A DNA stretch of 64,000 bases from IMG/VR virus record IMGVR_UViG_2739368068_000001, positions 1 to 64,000 of that record. One strand, written 5' to 3'. How positions within the stretch are numbered: the stretch's first letter is position 1; every line of letters begins with the position of its first letter. The position numbers and the translations under genes were made by a program. This document shows, in pieces, positions 8,837 to 17,909 of the stretch. A model generated the notes under the pieces. The model made no database searches. It worked only from the letters and a program-made list of their open reading frames with translations, and was not told the origin of the DNA. The stretch comes from a virus (taxonomy: Duplodnaviria > Caudoviricetes).

Positions 8837-9580
8837 GTGACTACTGCATTGCATGTCGATGTTGCTGATCAGCTCCGGCGCGCGATCGCCGACATGAAGC
8901 CGGGCGACCGGCTGCCGAGTGAGCCGGACCTCGCCGAGCGCCTCAAGGTGTCGCGGTACACGATCCGGACCGCGCTGACCACACTGGCCGACGAAGGGCT
9001 CATTCTGCCGCAGCCGGGTCGGGGTTGGCGGGTTCGTGAGCAGCACACGATGGTCTGGGTCGCCTCGCAGCCGGAACGTAACGAGGTCGTCGACGTCTCG
9101 CCGGCGGATGGCTGGTCGATGCAGATTCGGAGCCAGGGCGGCACGCCTCGGGAGGAGATCGCGGCAGAGCTGCTCCTCGCTGACGAACAGCACGCGGCGA
9201 TGTTCGATGTTCCGGTGGGTGAGCCGTTGATCGTGCGGCGACGTCGGCGGTACGCCGACGAGCGGCTGCACGCGACCGCTGACACTTTGTTTCGGCGCTC
9301 GGACGTGACCGGGTCGCCGATCGAGCTACCCGCCGACATCCTGCCCGGCACGTACGCGGTCCTGGAGGAACGCGGGATCGGGTGGCGTACCTACCGGGAC
9401 ACGATGCGGTGGCGGCCAGCGAGCGTCGCCGAGCGGAATCTCTACAAGTGCGGCCCGGGGGTGGCCGTCGTAAGGCATCTGCGGATCCGGAAGACCGCAG
9501 AGGATCGGGTGGTAGCGGTGACGATCACGACACTGCCCGGCGATCGGAACGAAATCATCTACGAGGGAGTGTGGCAGTGA
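8837..9580 (+). CDS. GntR/HutC-family regulator (wHTH plus UTRA), KorA/KorSA/TraR-like
   Basis: DRLPSEPDLAERLKVSRYTIRTALTTLADEGLILPQPGRGWRV followed by a UTRA-like domain. Confidence 0.9.
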   Translation: MTTALHVDVADQLRRAIADMKPGDRLPSEPDLAERLKVSRYTIRTALTTLADEGLILPQPGRGWRVREQHTMVWVASQPERNEVVDVSPADGWSMQIRSQGGTPREEIAAELLLADEQHAAMFDVPVGEPLIVRRRRRYADERLHATADTLFRRSDVTGSPIELPADILPGTYAVLEERGIGWRTYRDTMRWRPASVAERNLYKCGPGVAVVRHLRIRKTAEDRVVAVTITTLPGDRNEIIYEGVWQ

Positions 9581-9951
9581 GGACCGAAGCGCACACGGGG
9601 ACGCTGGTCGGCGAGTTAGTCACCGAATCGCACCGCACCGGCGACCACGCCGGTGACATCGGCTACGGGCTCCGGTTCGCGCCCGTGGGCCGGCCGGCCC
9701 GTAACGACGGGTGGAATCGGGCGTGGCTGAGTCGGGGCGAGGTGCGGCGGCTGGAGCACGACGGCACCGGCTGGCACATCACCGCCGATGGGTGGACCGA
9801 CGGGCACGTGTACCGGCTGGCGGAGCCGCTTGACGGGCAGCTCGTCGACACGCTCCCGACGGCGGACGGCGAGGTCAGGTTGGAGCGCGGGCGGGTGTAC
9901 GAGATCCGCGAGGTAGCGCCGATGGGCGAGTTTGGCCTCTACGTGCTCTGA
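9577..9951 (+). CDS. Hypothetical protein coupled to the GntR gene
   Basis: GTGA overlap with the GntR stop. Ends just before a terminator. Confidence 0.55.
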   Translation: MRTEAHTGTLVGELVTESHRTGDHAGDIGYGLRFAPVGRPARNDGWNRAWLSRGEVRRLEHDGTGWHITADGWTDGHVYRLAEPLDGQLVDTLPTADGEVRLERGRVYEIREVAPMGEFGLYVL

Positions 9952-9962
9952 CCAGTACAGAC

Positions 9963-10008
9963 AGACGGGCCCGGCCTGGGGAACGCCTCCCCCGGGCCGG
10001 GCCCGTCT
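9963..10008. terminator. Bidirectional hairpin terminator
   Basis: AGACGGGCCCGGCCTGGGGA...TCCCCCGGGCCGGGCCCGTCT between convergent genes. Confidence 0.75.
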
Positions 10009-10422
10009 CTACTGCTCGTCGCGGATCGTGATGATCTCGCGGGTCGGGTCGGTCGGGTCCGGGATGCGGATGAGCCGGTCGGGGTCGACCAGCCTTCCGG
10101 GGCCGAACTCTCCCGACTCGATCAGGTCCGCGATCCGCTGCGCGGCCGTCTCTTCTCCGCCGGCGACCGGTCGCTCTGCGACGTACTGCTCCATCTCGGC
10201 CACGGTGGCGGGCGTGATCCCGGCGGCGATCTGCGGCTCGGCCTCCTCCGGAAGGTAGCCGAGCCGGGCCCAAGCCGCCGCGACCGGTGCGGTGGCCTCG
10301 GGGCGTGTCAGCGACAGCAGGAACCAGCGAGCGCCGATGTCGGCGGTGCGGAGCTGGGTCGTGCTGGCGCGGTAGGTGTGCCAGTAGATGAGCCATTGTC
10401 GGGTGAGTGGCTGCTTGTCCAT
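10009..10422 (-). CDS. Hypothetical protein
   Basis: GGGAGA RBS. Stops at the terminator. Confidence 0.55.
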   Translation of the reverse strand: MDKQPLTRQWLIYWHTYRASTTQLRTADIGARWFLLSLTRPEATAPVAAAWARLGYLPEEAEPQIAAGITPATVAEMEQYVAERPVAGGEETAAQRIADLIESGEFGPGRLVDPDRLIRIPDPTDPTREIITIRDEQ

Positions 10423-10436
10423 GCGGTCTCTCCCGG

Positions 10437-11381
10437 TCAGCGGCGGCCGTCGCGGATCTGGTAGATCCGGGCCTCGGATAGGTCGGCGTCGTCGGCAAGG
10501 GCCGACACGGGCACGTCGACGGCGTACGCGCGGCGGATCAGGTCATCCCGTCGCTTCGGCAGAGCCGCGATCAGGGCCGTGACGCGGCGGATCTCGGCGC
10601 GGAGGGTGCTCGGCTGCGTCATCCATTCGGCGTGCTGCTCCAGGGCCCGGCGGGCCGCTTCCCGCAGCACCGGTACGCCGTTGTACGCCTCGTCGCGGGG
10701 GGTGTAGGTGCCGGTCACGGCTCCGAGGCCGACCTGTTCGGGGCGGCCGGATCCGGGGGTGGAGGTCGTCGACCGGTCCCAGCGGATCGTGTCGGCCGGC
10801 CACTCCATGCGCGGGAAGGTGCTTTCGGTGGCCACGGCGTCGGGCAGGTAGTCGGCTCCGGTACCGGTCATCGGCTGCCACAGCACGTGCACGCCGTCGT
10901 CGTCCACGGTGGCGTCGAGAATGAGCGCGTCGAGCTTCTGCGTGTGCCAGCCGCCGTCGGCGAGCTGGTACGTGGCGGTGATCTGGTGGATGGAGCCCGG
11001 TCGGGGCAGGGTGATCGTGCTGGTCATGTTGGGATCCTTAGTCTTCGTCGTCGAAGTCGGGTTCGGTTCGCAGCATCCGTCCGTGCAGGGCAGGGAGTCG
11101 CCGCCGACCGAGCGCGCGAAGCGGTCGCCCTGGTAGGTGCGATGCGCCTCGGGGGCGTGATAGATGGCGATCTCGGCGGCGGCGGCCTGGTAAAGCGCCG
11201 TCGCGTACCCGTTGCCCTGGTGCTCGGCGGGGGTCTCGACCTGCACGATTTCGCCGGTCGCGGTCGACACCCACAGCTCGGAGACGGTGACACCGTCGAT
11301 CGTGAGGGACCAGCGGTGACAGGGCTTGTCGTGGTCGCTGTATCGGGCGATGTCCCGGGTGATGGTGAACGTCTCCGCCAT
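10437..11381 (-). CDS. GNAT-like acetyltransferase domain fused to an unknown domain and a C-terminal HTH
   Basis: GEIVQVETPAEHQGNGYATALY (acetyl-CoA motif). C-terminal VSALADDADLSEARIYQIRDGRR. Internal AAGGA-ATG near 11027. Confidence 0.65.
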   Translation of the reverse strand: MAETFTITRDIARYSDHDKPCHRWSLTIDGVTVSELWVSTATGEIVQVETPAEHQGNGYATALYQAAAAEIAIYHAPEAHRTYQGDRFARSVGGDSLPCTDGCCEPNPTSTTKTKDPNMTSTITLPRPGSIHQITATYQLADGGWHTQKLDALILDATVDDDGVHVLWQPMTGTGADYLPDAVATESTFPRMEWPADTIRWDRSTTSTPGSGRPEQVGLGAVTGTYTPRDEAYNGVPVLREAARRALEQHAEWMTQPSTLRAEIRRVTALIAALPKRRDDLIRRAYAVDVPVSALADDADLSEARIYQIRDGRR

Positions 11382-11430
11382 ACACCCATCCTATAGCCCG
11401 CTATAGATTTGTCTCAAGCGCGCTATAGAG
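11382..11430 (-). promoter_or_regulatory. Leaderless promoter with three CTATAG boxes
   Basis: Minus strand TTGAGA-N18-TAGGAT, 6 nt before the ATG. CTATAG at 11391, 11401 and 11423. Confidence 0.5.
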
Positions 11431-11433
11431 TGG

Positions 11434-12123
11434 TCAGTCGCGATCTTTGCCGAGCACGGCGGCGGCCCGCTGGAGCCAGACCAGCCGATCGACCTGGTGG
11501 CCATACCAAGCCTGCGCGGCGGCCTGCTCGTCGAGGCCGATAGCCCGGGCCTGATCCCTGTAGAGCCGGTACGCGAGCGGCTCATGCTGTACGTCGATCC
11601 GATCCCGGTAGTCGTCGAGCATGCTGATAGCCCGCTGCACCGGGTCGGGCTCGTCGGGCGACACGCCGTGACTGGCGGTCAGGTGGACGGACAGCAGACC
11701 GATCCGGTACGCGGCCGTCGACACGCCGGCCGGGTCGATCCCAACCGCGATCGCGACCGCGTCCAGCAGAACCCGCCGGTTCGTCCGGTCGAACGCGGCG
11801 ACCACCCGGCCGAGCGTCACCGGACGTTCGTCGGCGAGGGAACAGGCGACGTCGACGACGTGCCCGGCTTCCGACTCAGCGGCCAGGCCGGCGGTCTCGG
11901 TGGCGAGATCCCGCCACTGGATATAGACACTGCCGCCCTTCCCGAACAGGTGCCGCCGGACCTGCGGCAGGTTGAGCAGGTCGCCGCGGTTGTAGCTGGT
12001 GAGGATGTGCACGGCCGCGCGGTGGCCGTCGTGGTCGTCCTGGACGGCTTCGCGGAGCAGCTCGGCGAGCTGGCCGGCCGGCAGGTCGCGTACGTCCTCC
12101 CGGCCGGTTGCCGGGGCGGTCAC
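11434..12123 (-). CDS. Hypothetical protein
   Basis: GTG coupled to the stop of the DUF6283-like gene. Confidence 0.55.
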   Translation of the reverse strand: MTAPATGREDVRDLPAGQLAELLREAVQDDHDGHRAAVHILTSYNRGDLLNLPQVRRHLFGKGGSVYIQWRDLATETAGLAAESEAGHVVDVACSLADERPVTLGRVVAAFDRTNRRVLLDAVAIAVGIDPAGVSTAAYRIGLLSVHLTASHGVSPDEPDPVQRAISMLDDYRDRIDVQHEPLAYRLYRDQARAIGLDEQAAAQAWYGHQVDRLVWLQRAAAVLGKDRD

Positions 12124-12566
12124 GGCTGCGCTCCGTCGCTCGGATCGTGTCGGCGGGCCTGCCGGGCGGCCATCTCGTCGTACGAGTCGAACAGCGGCGG
12201 CCAGTCCGGACCGGGTCGCATCGCCTCGCGTGGGAGTGCGCCGGTCGCAAGCATGAGGCGGATCCGTAGGTGATCGTTCGCGGCGCCGGACGCGAGCCAG
12301 CCGGCGCACGCGTACTCCGCCCCTTCCGGCGACTTGTGGCAGGCGAACATCGGCGTTTCCAGACCTGCATGCGTGATCTCGGCCGCCTGGGCGATCGCGG
12401 CCTCGGGGTCGGTGTGGTCGATCGGCGGCGGCCGGAACGGCGCGGACGTCGCGGCCAGGTGGTCGTACCGGTCGGCCGGGAACTGGCCGGGCTCGACGTC
12501 CTGCCGCCACGGACACTCGACGCACGGGCGGCGGGCCCGGGGCAGCTTCTCGGCCCGGCCGGTCAT
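12120..12566 (-). CDS. DUF6283-like Cys-rich protein
   Basis: RPCVECPWR...MFACHKS...ACAGWL...LFDSYDEM pattern recognised by eye. Confidence 0.7.
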   Translation of the reverse strand: MTGRAEKLPRARRPCVECPWRQDVEPGQFPADRYDHLAATSAPFRPPPIDHTDPEAAIAQAAEITHAGLETPMFACHKSPEGAEYACAGWLASGAANDHLRIRLMLATGALPREAMRPGPDWPPLFDSYDEMAARQARRHDPSDGAQP

Positions 12567-12913
12567 CGGGTCGGCTCCGGCCGAAGCTGCGCGGCGTCAC
12601 GGTCGCAGCCGTGGCACGGGCCGCCGACCGGGTAGCCGTGCCCGCAGTGGCCGGCGTCGACGGCGGCGGTGTGTAGCCGGGCGAGGACGGCGGCCAGGTC
12701 GACGCCGGCGCGGCGGATCTGGCCGGCGGCCCGCTGCGCTCGGAGGCCGTCGACGGGACGGGCCTGCCGGCGGAATGCGTCGCTGTCGTGCAGCGCGGTA
12801 ATCCGCTCGGCGACCTGGTGGGCGGCGACCGCGATCCGGTGCGCTTCGGCGAGGAAAGCCGTGGTGGTGGTGTCGTTGGTGACCGGCGTCAGGCCGAGCG
12901 CCGTGGTGGGCAT
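12563..12913 (-). CDS. Hypothetical protein with a C-terminal CGHG...CHGC motif
   Basis: GAGGAGA RBS, downstream of the dyad promoter at 12995. Confidence 0.55.
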   Translation of the reverse strand: MPTTALGLTPVTNDTTTTAFLAEAHRIAVAAHQVAERITALHDSDAFRRQARPVDGLRAQRAAGQIRRAGVDLAAVLARLHTAAVDAGHCGHGYPVGGPCHGCDRDAAQLRPEPTR

Positions 12914-12980
12914 GCGGGGTCTCCTCAGGGGTGCGGGGGTACAGCGGCCAGCGGACGGGCGCCTGACGGTCTGGTTCAGG

Positions 12981-13283
12981 CTAGGCGGTGGTCAATGTTT
13001 GGGCTACATGTTGTGTCGTCGGTGTGACAGCGATGGGGACCAGGTCGACGTACACCCGTTCCTCGCGGACGGCCAGGGGGCGGCCGTCGACGAGGTGGCC
13101 GGCGATGCTGGTGTGACCGGTGCTCGATCCGAGGATCGGTGAGACGGCGGTGACCCGGTACCGCTGGGCGGTACCGGTCAACCCGTTCTCGATGATCGGT
13201 GTCTCGCCGATCCGGGGTACGCGGCCGATCTGCGTGCACAGCTCGCCGCCGTCTACCCGATAGATGATCTCTGTCATGTCCAC
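12981..13283 (-). CDS. Hypothetical protein
   Basis: AAAGGA RBS. Last gene of the tra run. Confidence 0.55.
   Translation of the reverse strand: MDMTEIIYRVDGGELCTQIGRVPRIGETPIIENGLTGTAQRYRVTAVSPILGSSTGHTSIAGHLVDGRPLAVREERVYVDLVPIAVTPTTQHVAQTLTTA
12995..13025. promoter_or_regulatory. 31-bp dyad site 1 and minus-strand promoter
   Basis: ATGTTTGGGCTA-CATGTTG-TGTCGTCGGTGT. Minus strand TAGCCC-N17-TAGCCT. Confidence 0.65.
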
Positions 13284-13303
13284 GATGGGTGTCCTTTCCG
13301 GAC

Positions 13304-15598
13304 TTACCGCCAGTGGCGGGGGGTGTAGAGGAGAGCGCCGCGACCGCCGGCGGGGCGGACGAGTTGCCGCGCGTCTACCAGCTTGTTACACCATCCGTAC
13401 GTCGTCGCGCGGTCGGGCATCAGGTCGCGCTGCGCCAGCGCGGCGTTGATGCCGGGCACGTCGATTCCGGCGGGGCCGGCGGCGTCGACGATCTCGACGA
13501 TGGCCGGGGACACCGTCTCGAAGGTGATCGGGCGGCGGACCTCGACAATCGGGACCTGCGGCGCCGGCGGCGTGGTTCCGGTCGCCTCGCCGACGACCTG
13601 GGCGGCCCGGGCGGCGAGTTCCGCGCCGTTGACGTCGACGATCGCTTGGAACGCGGCGTCCGGGTCGACGGCGTCCTGTGCGAACGGGTTGTTTCGGAGG
13701 CGGTCGGTCAGGCCGAGGGTGTCGGCGGTCGTCTGTCGCGCCACGGTGGCCACCGGTGCGGCCGGTGCGGCCGGGGTGGCGGGTCGGTGGACGTACCAGC
13801 GGGTCAGCGGCCGGGCCGGGAGACGGCCGTACATCCACGCGGTGCGGTCGGGGTCGGTCCACCGGTCGCCGTAGCCGAATTGGGCGATCGCGGCGGCGGT
13901 GCCGGCGTCGCAGGTCGGCCGGTATTGGGTGTGCTCCCGCACCGCTTCCAGGATCAGGGCGTCGCGTTCCTCGTGCTTGCCGACGAACCAGATCTTGCCG
14001 GGCTCGCCGTCGCCGTAGCCGAATCCCTCGATGACGACGCTGCCGGGGTACTCCAGGGTGCCGGCCAGCGCGATGACCTCGGAGCTGGAGCCTTGGAGTA
14101 CCTCGCCGGCCTCCGACGTCGACGCGACCGGCAGGATGATCCGGCCGCCGAACTGGGCTTTGGCGTCACCCGACGCGCCTTGGGTGACGGTGCCGCGCTG
14201 GTTAGCGGTCCAGAACCACACTCCCTCGCCGCCGCCGAGGCAGACACCCTGCGTCAGCAGGTTGGAGAGCTGCCCCGAGGTGGGGTCGTGGTCGTTGGAC
14301 AGGGTGCTACCGGCGGCGTTCCCGACGACCTGCGACAGCTCGTCGGCGAAAACGAGGATCGCCGGGTGTTCGGGGGTGGCTCGCCACGACGAGCCGCCGA
14401 GGAGGCCGGGGCGGATCTTCGCGGCGTGGATCGCCGCCATCAGCATCCGCTCGTACTCGGTGCGCTCGATCGCCACCCAGTCGAACAGCGGCTTGGCGAG
14501 CGGCCGGCCGGTGTACGGGTCGGTGACCCGGTCGAGGTAGGGCCGCAGCCAGGATCGGACGGTTCGGCCGCCCTTGCCGTCGTACACCCACAGTAGGACG
14601 TCTTCACAGCGGGAAACCTGGTAGATCAGGACGTCGAGCAGGCTTGACTTGCCCTTACGGGTCTGCCCGACGATCATGGCGTGAATCTCGGCGAGGGTCA
14701 GGTAAATCAGGTCGCCGTCTGCGAATTCGCCAATCGGGAATGCATCGTGGATGGATAGCGGGCTGTGCTCGGCCGGGAGTTTGATCGTGTGCCGCAGAAT
14801 GTCCCGAACGTCGAGACTGATGAATACCTCGGTGGTGATTTCCCGGCCCTCGCGGGTACGGGCCCGCTTCACCCGGACAGCGCCGGGCCGCAGCCCCCGG
14901 CCCTTGACCTCTTGCAGCCGCCGCCCGAACACCACTTCCAGCTTTGCCACGCAACCGCGCACGGTGTCGAACGTCGACGAGCCGTCATCGGGCAGCCGGA
15001 AATGGAGGCTGAAGCCGGCCCGGGTCGGGATCCGGTCGATGAACTCCAGGTTCTTCGCACCGGCGAGCGCCAGCATTCCTTCCCACCGGGCCCGCTCGCG
15101 TTCTTCCTCGGTCGGCTCCGGCTCCGGCTCCGGCTCCGGCTCGGGTTCGGGGTCGGATCCGTACTGGATTTCGTATTCGTGGTCGATCTGCGTCTGGCGG
15201 GTGACCCACCACAGCACGGTGTAGACGCCGAGCAGGATCAGCCAGCACAGCCACGCGACCGGCCCCGACCACAGCCCGTCGACGCCGGTCACGACCGTGG
15301 TCCACACGCCGAGCAGGAACCCACAGGTCACCATGTAGCCGCGCGCCATCGGGCTGTAGAAACGGCCGGCGGTCACCGCGGCGCCGAGCCCGGCCAGCAG
15401 CAGCGTGACGACGGCGCCGACCAGCCAGAGCCAGCCGGCGGCGACGGTCAGCAGGCCGTACCGGCGGGCCTCGTGCGCGGCGACAGCGGCCACGGCGGCG
15501 GATGCCCAGGCGATGACCGGGGGCAGCCACGCGTGGGCCGTCCACGGCCGTCCAAGGACGGTCAGCGGTTCGTACGTGTCGTCGGTGTCGCGGGCCAT
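13304..15598 (-). CDS. traB: TraB-like FtsK/SpoIIIE DNA translocase
   Basis: N-terminal hydrophobic TM segments, Walker A GQTRKGKS, VYDGKGG, Walker B ILVFADE, and a C-terminal winged-helix-like domain. Confidence 0.88.
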   Translation of the reverse strand: MARDTDDTYEPLTVLGRPWTAHAWLPPVIAWASAAVAAVAAHEARRYGLLTVAAGWLWLVGAVVTLLLAGLGAAVTAGRFYSPMARGYMVTCGFLLGVWTTVVTGVDGLWSGPVAWLCWLILLGVYTVLWWVTRQTQIDHEYEIQYGSDPEPEPEPEPEPEPTEEERERARWEGMLALAGAKNLEFIDRIPTRAGFSLHFRLPDDGSSTFDTVRGCVAKLEVVFGRRLQEVKGRGLRPGAVRVKRARTREGREITTEVFISLDVRDILRHTIKLPAEHSPLSIHDAFPIGEFADGDLIYLTLAEIHAMIVGQTRKGKSSLLDVLIYQVSRCEDVLLWVYDGKGGRTVRSWLRPYLDRVTDPYTGRPLAKPLFDWVAIERTEYERMLMAAIHAAKIRPGLLGGSSWRATPEHPAILVFADELSQVVGNAAGSTLSNDHDPTSGQLSNLLTQGVCLGGGEGVWFWTANQRGTVTQGASGDAKAQFGGRIILPVASTSEAGEVLQGSSSEVIALAGTLEYPGSVVIEGFGYGDGEPGKIWFVGKHEERDALILEAVREHTQYRPTCDAGTAAAIAQFGYGDRWTDPDRTAWMYGRLPARPLTRWYVHRPATPAAPAAPVATVARQTTADTLGLTDRLRNNPFAQDAVDPDAAFQAIVDVNGAELAARAAQVVGEATGTTPPAPQVPIVEVRRPITFETVSPAIVEIVDAAGPAGIDVPGINAALAQRDLMPDRATTYGWCNKLVDARQLVRPAGGRGALLYTPRHWR

Positions 15599-15644
15599 GG
15601 CGGGGTGTCCTCCGTCAGCGGGGGGGGTGGCGGGGGTGGTCGGG

Positions 15645-17909
15645 TCAGACGTTGGTGACGTCGGCCCACTGCTCGTTTACGCGGGGCGCCCGGCGACGCA
15701 TGACGTCGTGCGGGTTACGGCGCTCGTAGCCGGCGGCCAGCTCGGCGGCCTGGTCGGCGAGGTGCGCGTACCGGCCGGCGAACGCGTAGTAGTAGTCATG
15801 GGTGCGGACGTCGATCGGGTAGGCGGTGACGAGGTGCTCGGCAAACGTCATCATGTGCTCTGCCCGTAGCACCATCGCGGGGCCGAGCGTCTCCAAGAAC
15901 GCCATGAGGTCGGCGACCGCGTCGTCATCGGCGGCGAAGTCGGCACCGGGGTCGTAGGCGCCGAAGTAGACGCGGTACGCCTCCGACATCGCGGCGTGGT
16001 GCTCGTGCATGACGTCGCCACCGTCGATGGTGGGGCCGGTGACGGCGCCGCGTCGGACGACGTCGGCCTTTTCCTCGTGCACGCGCGGGTTTTCGTGCCG
16101 GTCGATGTCGCCCTTGTGCAGGTCCCGGTACGCCTGGTGCAGCCCGTGGGCGGGTGCGGCCATCTCCCGGTAGGCGCGGGTGAAGTTGTGGAAGTACTCG
16201 TGCACCAGGACGGCGCCGGGGAACGACGCGGCGAGCCGGTCGGCCAGGCCGTCGATGATCTCGGCCCGGTTCGTCAGGGCGGCCGGCTGCGACCGTAGGT
16301 ACCGCTCCAGGTCCGGGATCGACCGGGGTTGGAAGCCGGCGACGTACACCGCTGAGATCTCGTTGACCCGGTCCAGGACCGGATGAAGGACGACGTTCGG
16401 GGACATGCGGGGTGCTCCTGTCTGTGCTGGCGCCGGCCGGGGCCGGGTGGTCGCCGGGGTGGGTCGGATGAGTCGGGACGGTTCCGGGCGGTGCAGGGTG
16501 CCGAGCGGCGGATCGGTGTCGCGCTCGTCGTCGTGCTCGTCGACGGGCGTGGTCGGCCGCCGTGGCGGGGCGGCGCGGTGGCGGGGCGCGGTGGCGGGTG
16601 CCCAGACCCAGCCAGCAAGTGTCGACCGGAAGAACGTGGCGACGGCGGCGACCGCGGCGACCCAGAACGCGGCCCAGGCGGCCCGCTGGCCGTGCGCGAC
16701 CGCCAGGCGGCGCAGCTCGCGGTACCAGCCGGGGGTGAGTCGTGCGAGCAGGGCCCGCCATGCGGCGGGGGCGCCGTACGCGGCCAGCCAGCGGCGGCGG
16801 ATGTACGCCCAGCGGGCGATCCGGCGGCCGGGAAGCACGATGGTGCGGTGGTACAGCCAGTCGATCGGCCGGATCGTGAGCGTGTAGGTGAGGTTCGCGA
16901 CCCGCTGTGCGAGGTTGGACCACCACACGTCGAGCTGCCAGGTGTCGCGGCCGACCGCGCGGGCCGCCCGGCCGGCGGCGGCGGCGCCGCGTCCCATGGC
17001 GACGGCGCCGCGACCGGTGACCCGGGCGGCCCGGCCCAGGCCACGGGCGGCGCGGCGGATGCGGCCGGGGCTCGTCGACTGGCCGTGGCCGTGCATGGCT
17101 GCGCGGCGGGCTGCTGCCCGGGCCTGTCCGGGCGTGCGGCGGCCGAACAGGCCGCCGAGCAGGCCGCCGACGCGGCGGGGCCGACCGCCGCCGAAGACGG
17201 CGCCACCGGAGCGGGCGCGGCCAGCTCGCGGCAGACCGGTCCCGCCGGCACGGCGGCCGGTGCCGCCGCGTCCGGTCTTCGGAAGGCCGCCGGACCGGGC
17301 GGCGGCGACGCGTCGGCCGCCGCCGGCGGACAGGCCGCGTCGGCCGCCGCCGGTGCCGCCGAGTTTCGGTAGCCGGAGCCCGCCGCCCCGGCCGGGGCGG
17401 CGGCCGGTGCTGGAGAGGCCGCCCCGGCCGCCCCGGCCGCCCCGGCCGCTGCCGAGCCGGCGGCCGGGGCGGTCGGTGCGGAGGATTCGGCGGCCGGCGA
17501 GGTACAGCACGACGCCGCCGGCGGTGGACACCGCGAGGACGATCGGGCCGAGGAAGTGCAGGACGACGCCGGCGCCGAGGCCGCCGAGGACCAGGGTGGT
17601 CGCGCGTTGGGTGGCGCGGCCGGCCGGGGCGGGCTGCTCCGGCCGGGGCGGCTCGTCGACGTCGTCCAGGTCGTCGACGTCGGCGGGGTCGACGTCGACG
17701 GCCGGGGCGGGGCGGGGCGCGGCCGGGGCGGCCGGGGTGGGGCGTTCGACGGCCGGGCGGGCGGCCGGGGCGGCCCGGCCGCTGCTCCGGCCGGGGCGGC
17801 GGCCGGGCGCGGGTTCGGGGCGCGGTGGTGGAGTCACCGCGACCCGCTCGGCCGCGCCGTCGTACGTCACCGCGTACGCGTCCTCTTTGATGTCGGGGCG
17901 GTTCATCAC
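15645..17909 (-). CDS. Membrane-anchored protein with two C-terminal TraA-like repeats
   Basis: The repeats end HKGDIDRHENPRVHEEKADV and NPHDVMRRRAPRVNEQWADV, as in actinomycete plasmid TraA proteins. Gly/Arg-rich middle. Directly upstream of traB. Confidence 0.6.
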   Translation of the reverse strand: MMNRPDIKEDAYAVTYDGAAERVAVTPPPRPEPAPGRRPGRSSGRAAPAARPAVERPTPAAPAAPRPAPAVDVDPADVDDLDDVDEPPRPEQPAPAGRATQRATTLVLGGLGAGVVLHFLGPIVLAVSTAGGVVLYLAGRRILRTDRPGRRLGSGRGGRGGRGGLSSTGRRPGRGGGLRLPKLGGTGGGRRGLSAGGGRRVAAARSGGLPKTGRGGTGRRAGGTGLPRAGRARSGGAVFGGGRPRRVGGLLGGLFGRRTPGQARAAARRAAMHGHGQSTSPGRIRRAARGLGRAARVTGRGAVAMGRGAAAAGRAARAVGRDTWQLDVWWSNLAQRVANLTYTLTIRPIDWLYHRTIVLPGRRIARWAYIRRRWLAAYGAPAAWRALLARLTPGWYRELRRLAVAHGQRAAWAAFWVAAVAAVATFFRSTLAGWVWAPATAPRHRAAPPRRPTTPVDEHDDERDTDPPLGTLHRPEPSRLIRPTPATTRPRPAPAQTGAPRMSPNVVLHPVLDRVNEISAVYVAGFQPRSIPDLERYLRSQPAALTNRAEIIDGLADRLAASFPGAVLVHEYFHNFTRAYREMAAPAHGLHQAYRDLHKGDIDRHENPRVHEEKADVVRRGAVTGPTIDGGDVMHEHHAAMSEAYRVYFGAYDPGADFAADDDAVADLMAFLETLGPAMVLRAEHMMTFAEHLVTAYPIDVRTHDYYYAFAGRYAHLADQAAELAAGYERRNPHDVMRRRAPRVNEQWADVTNV

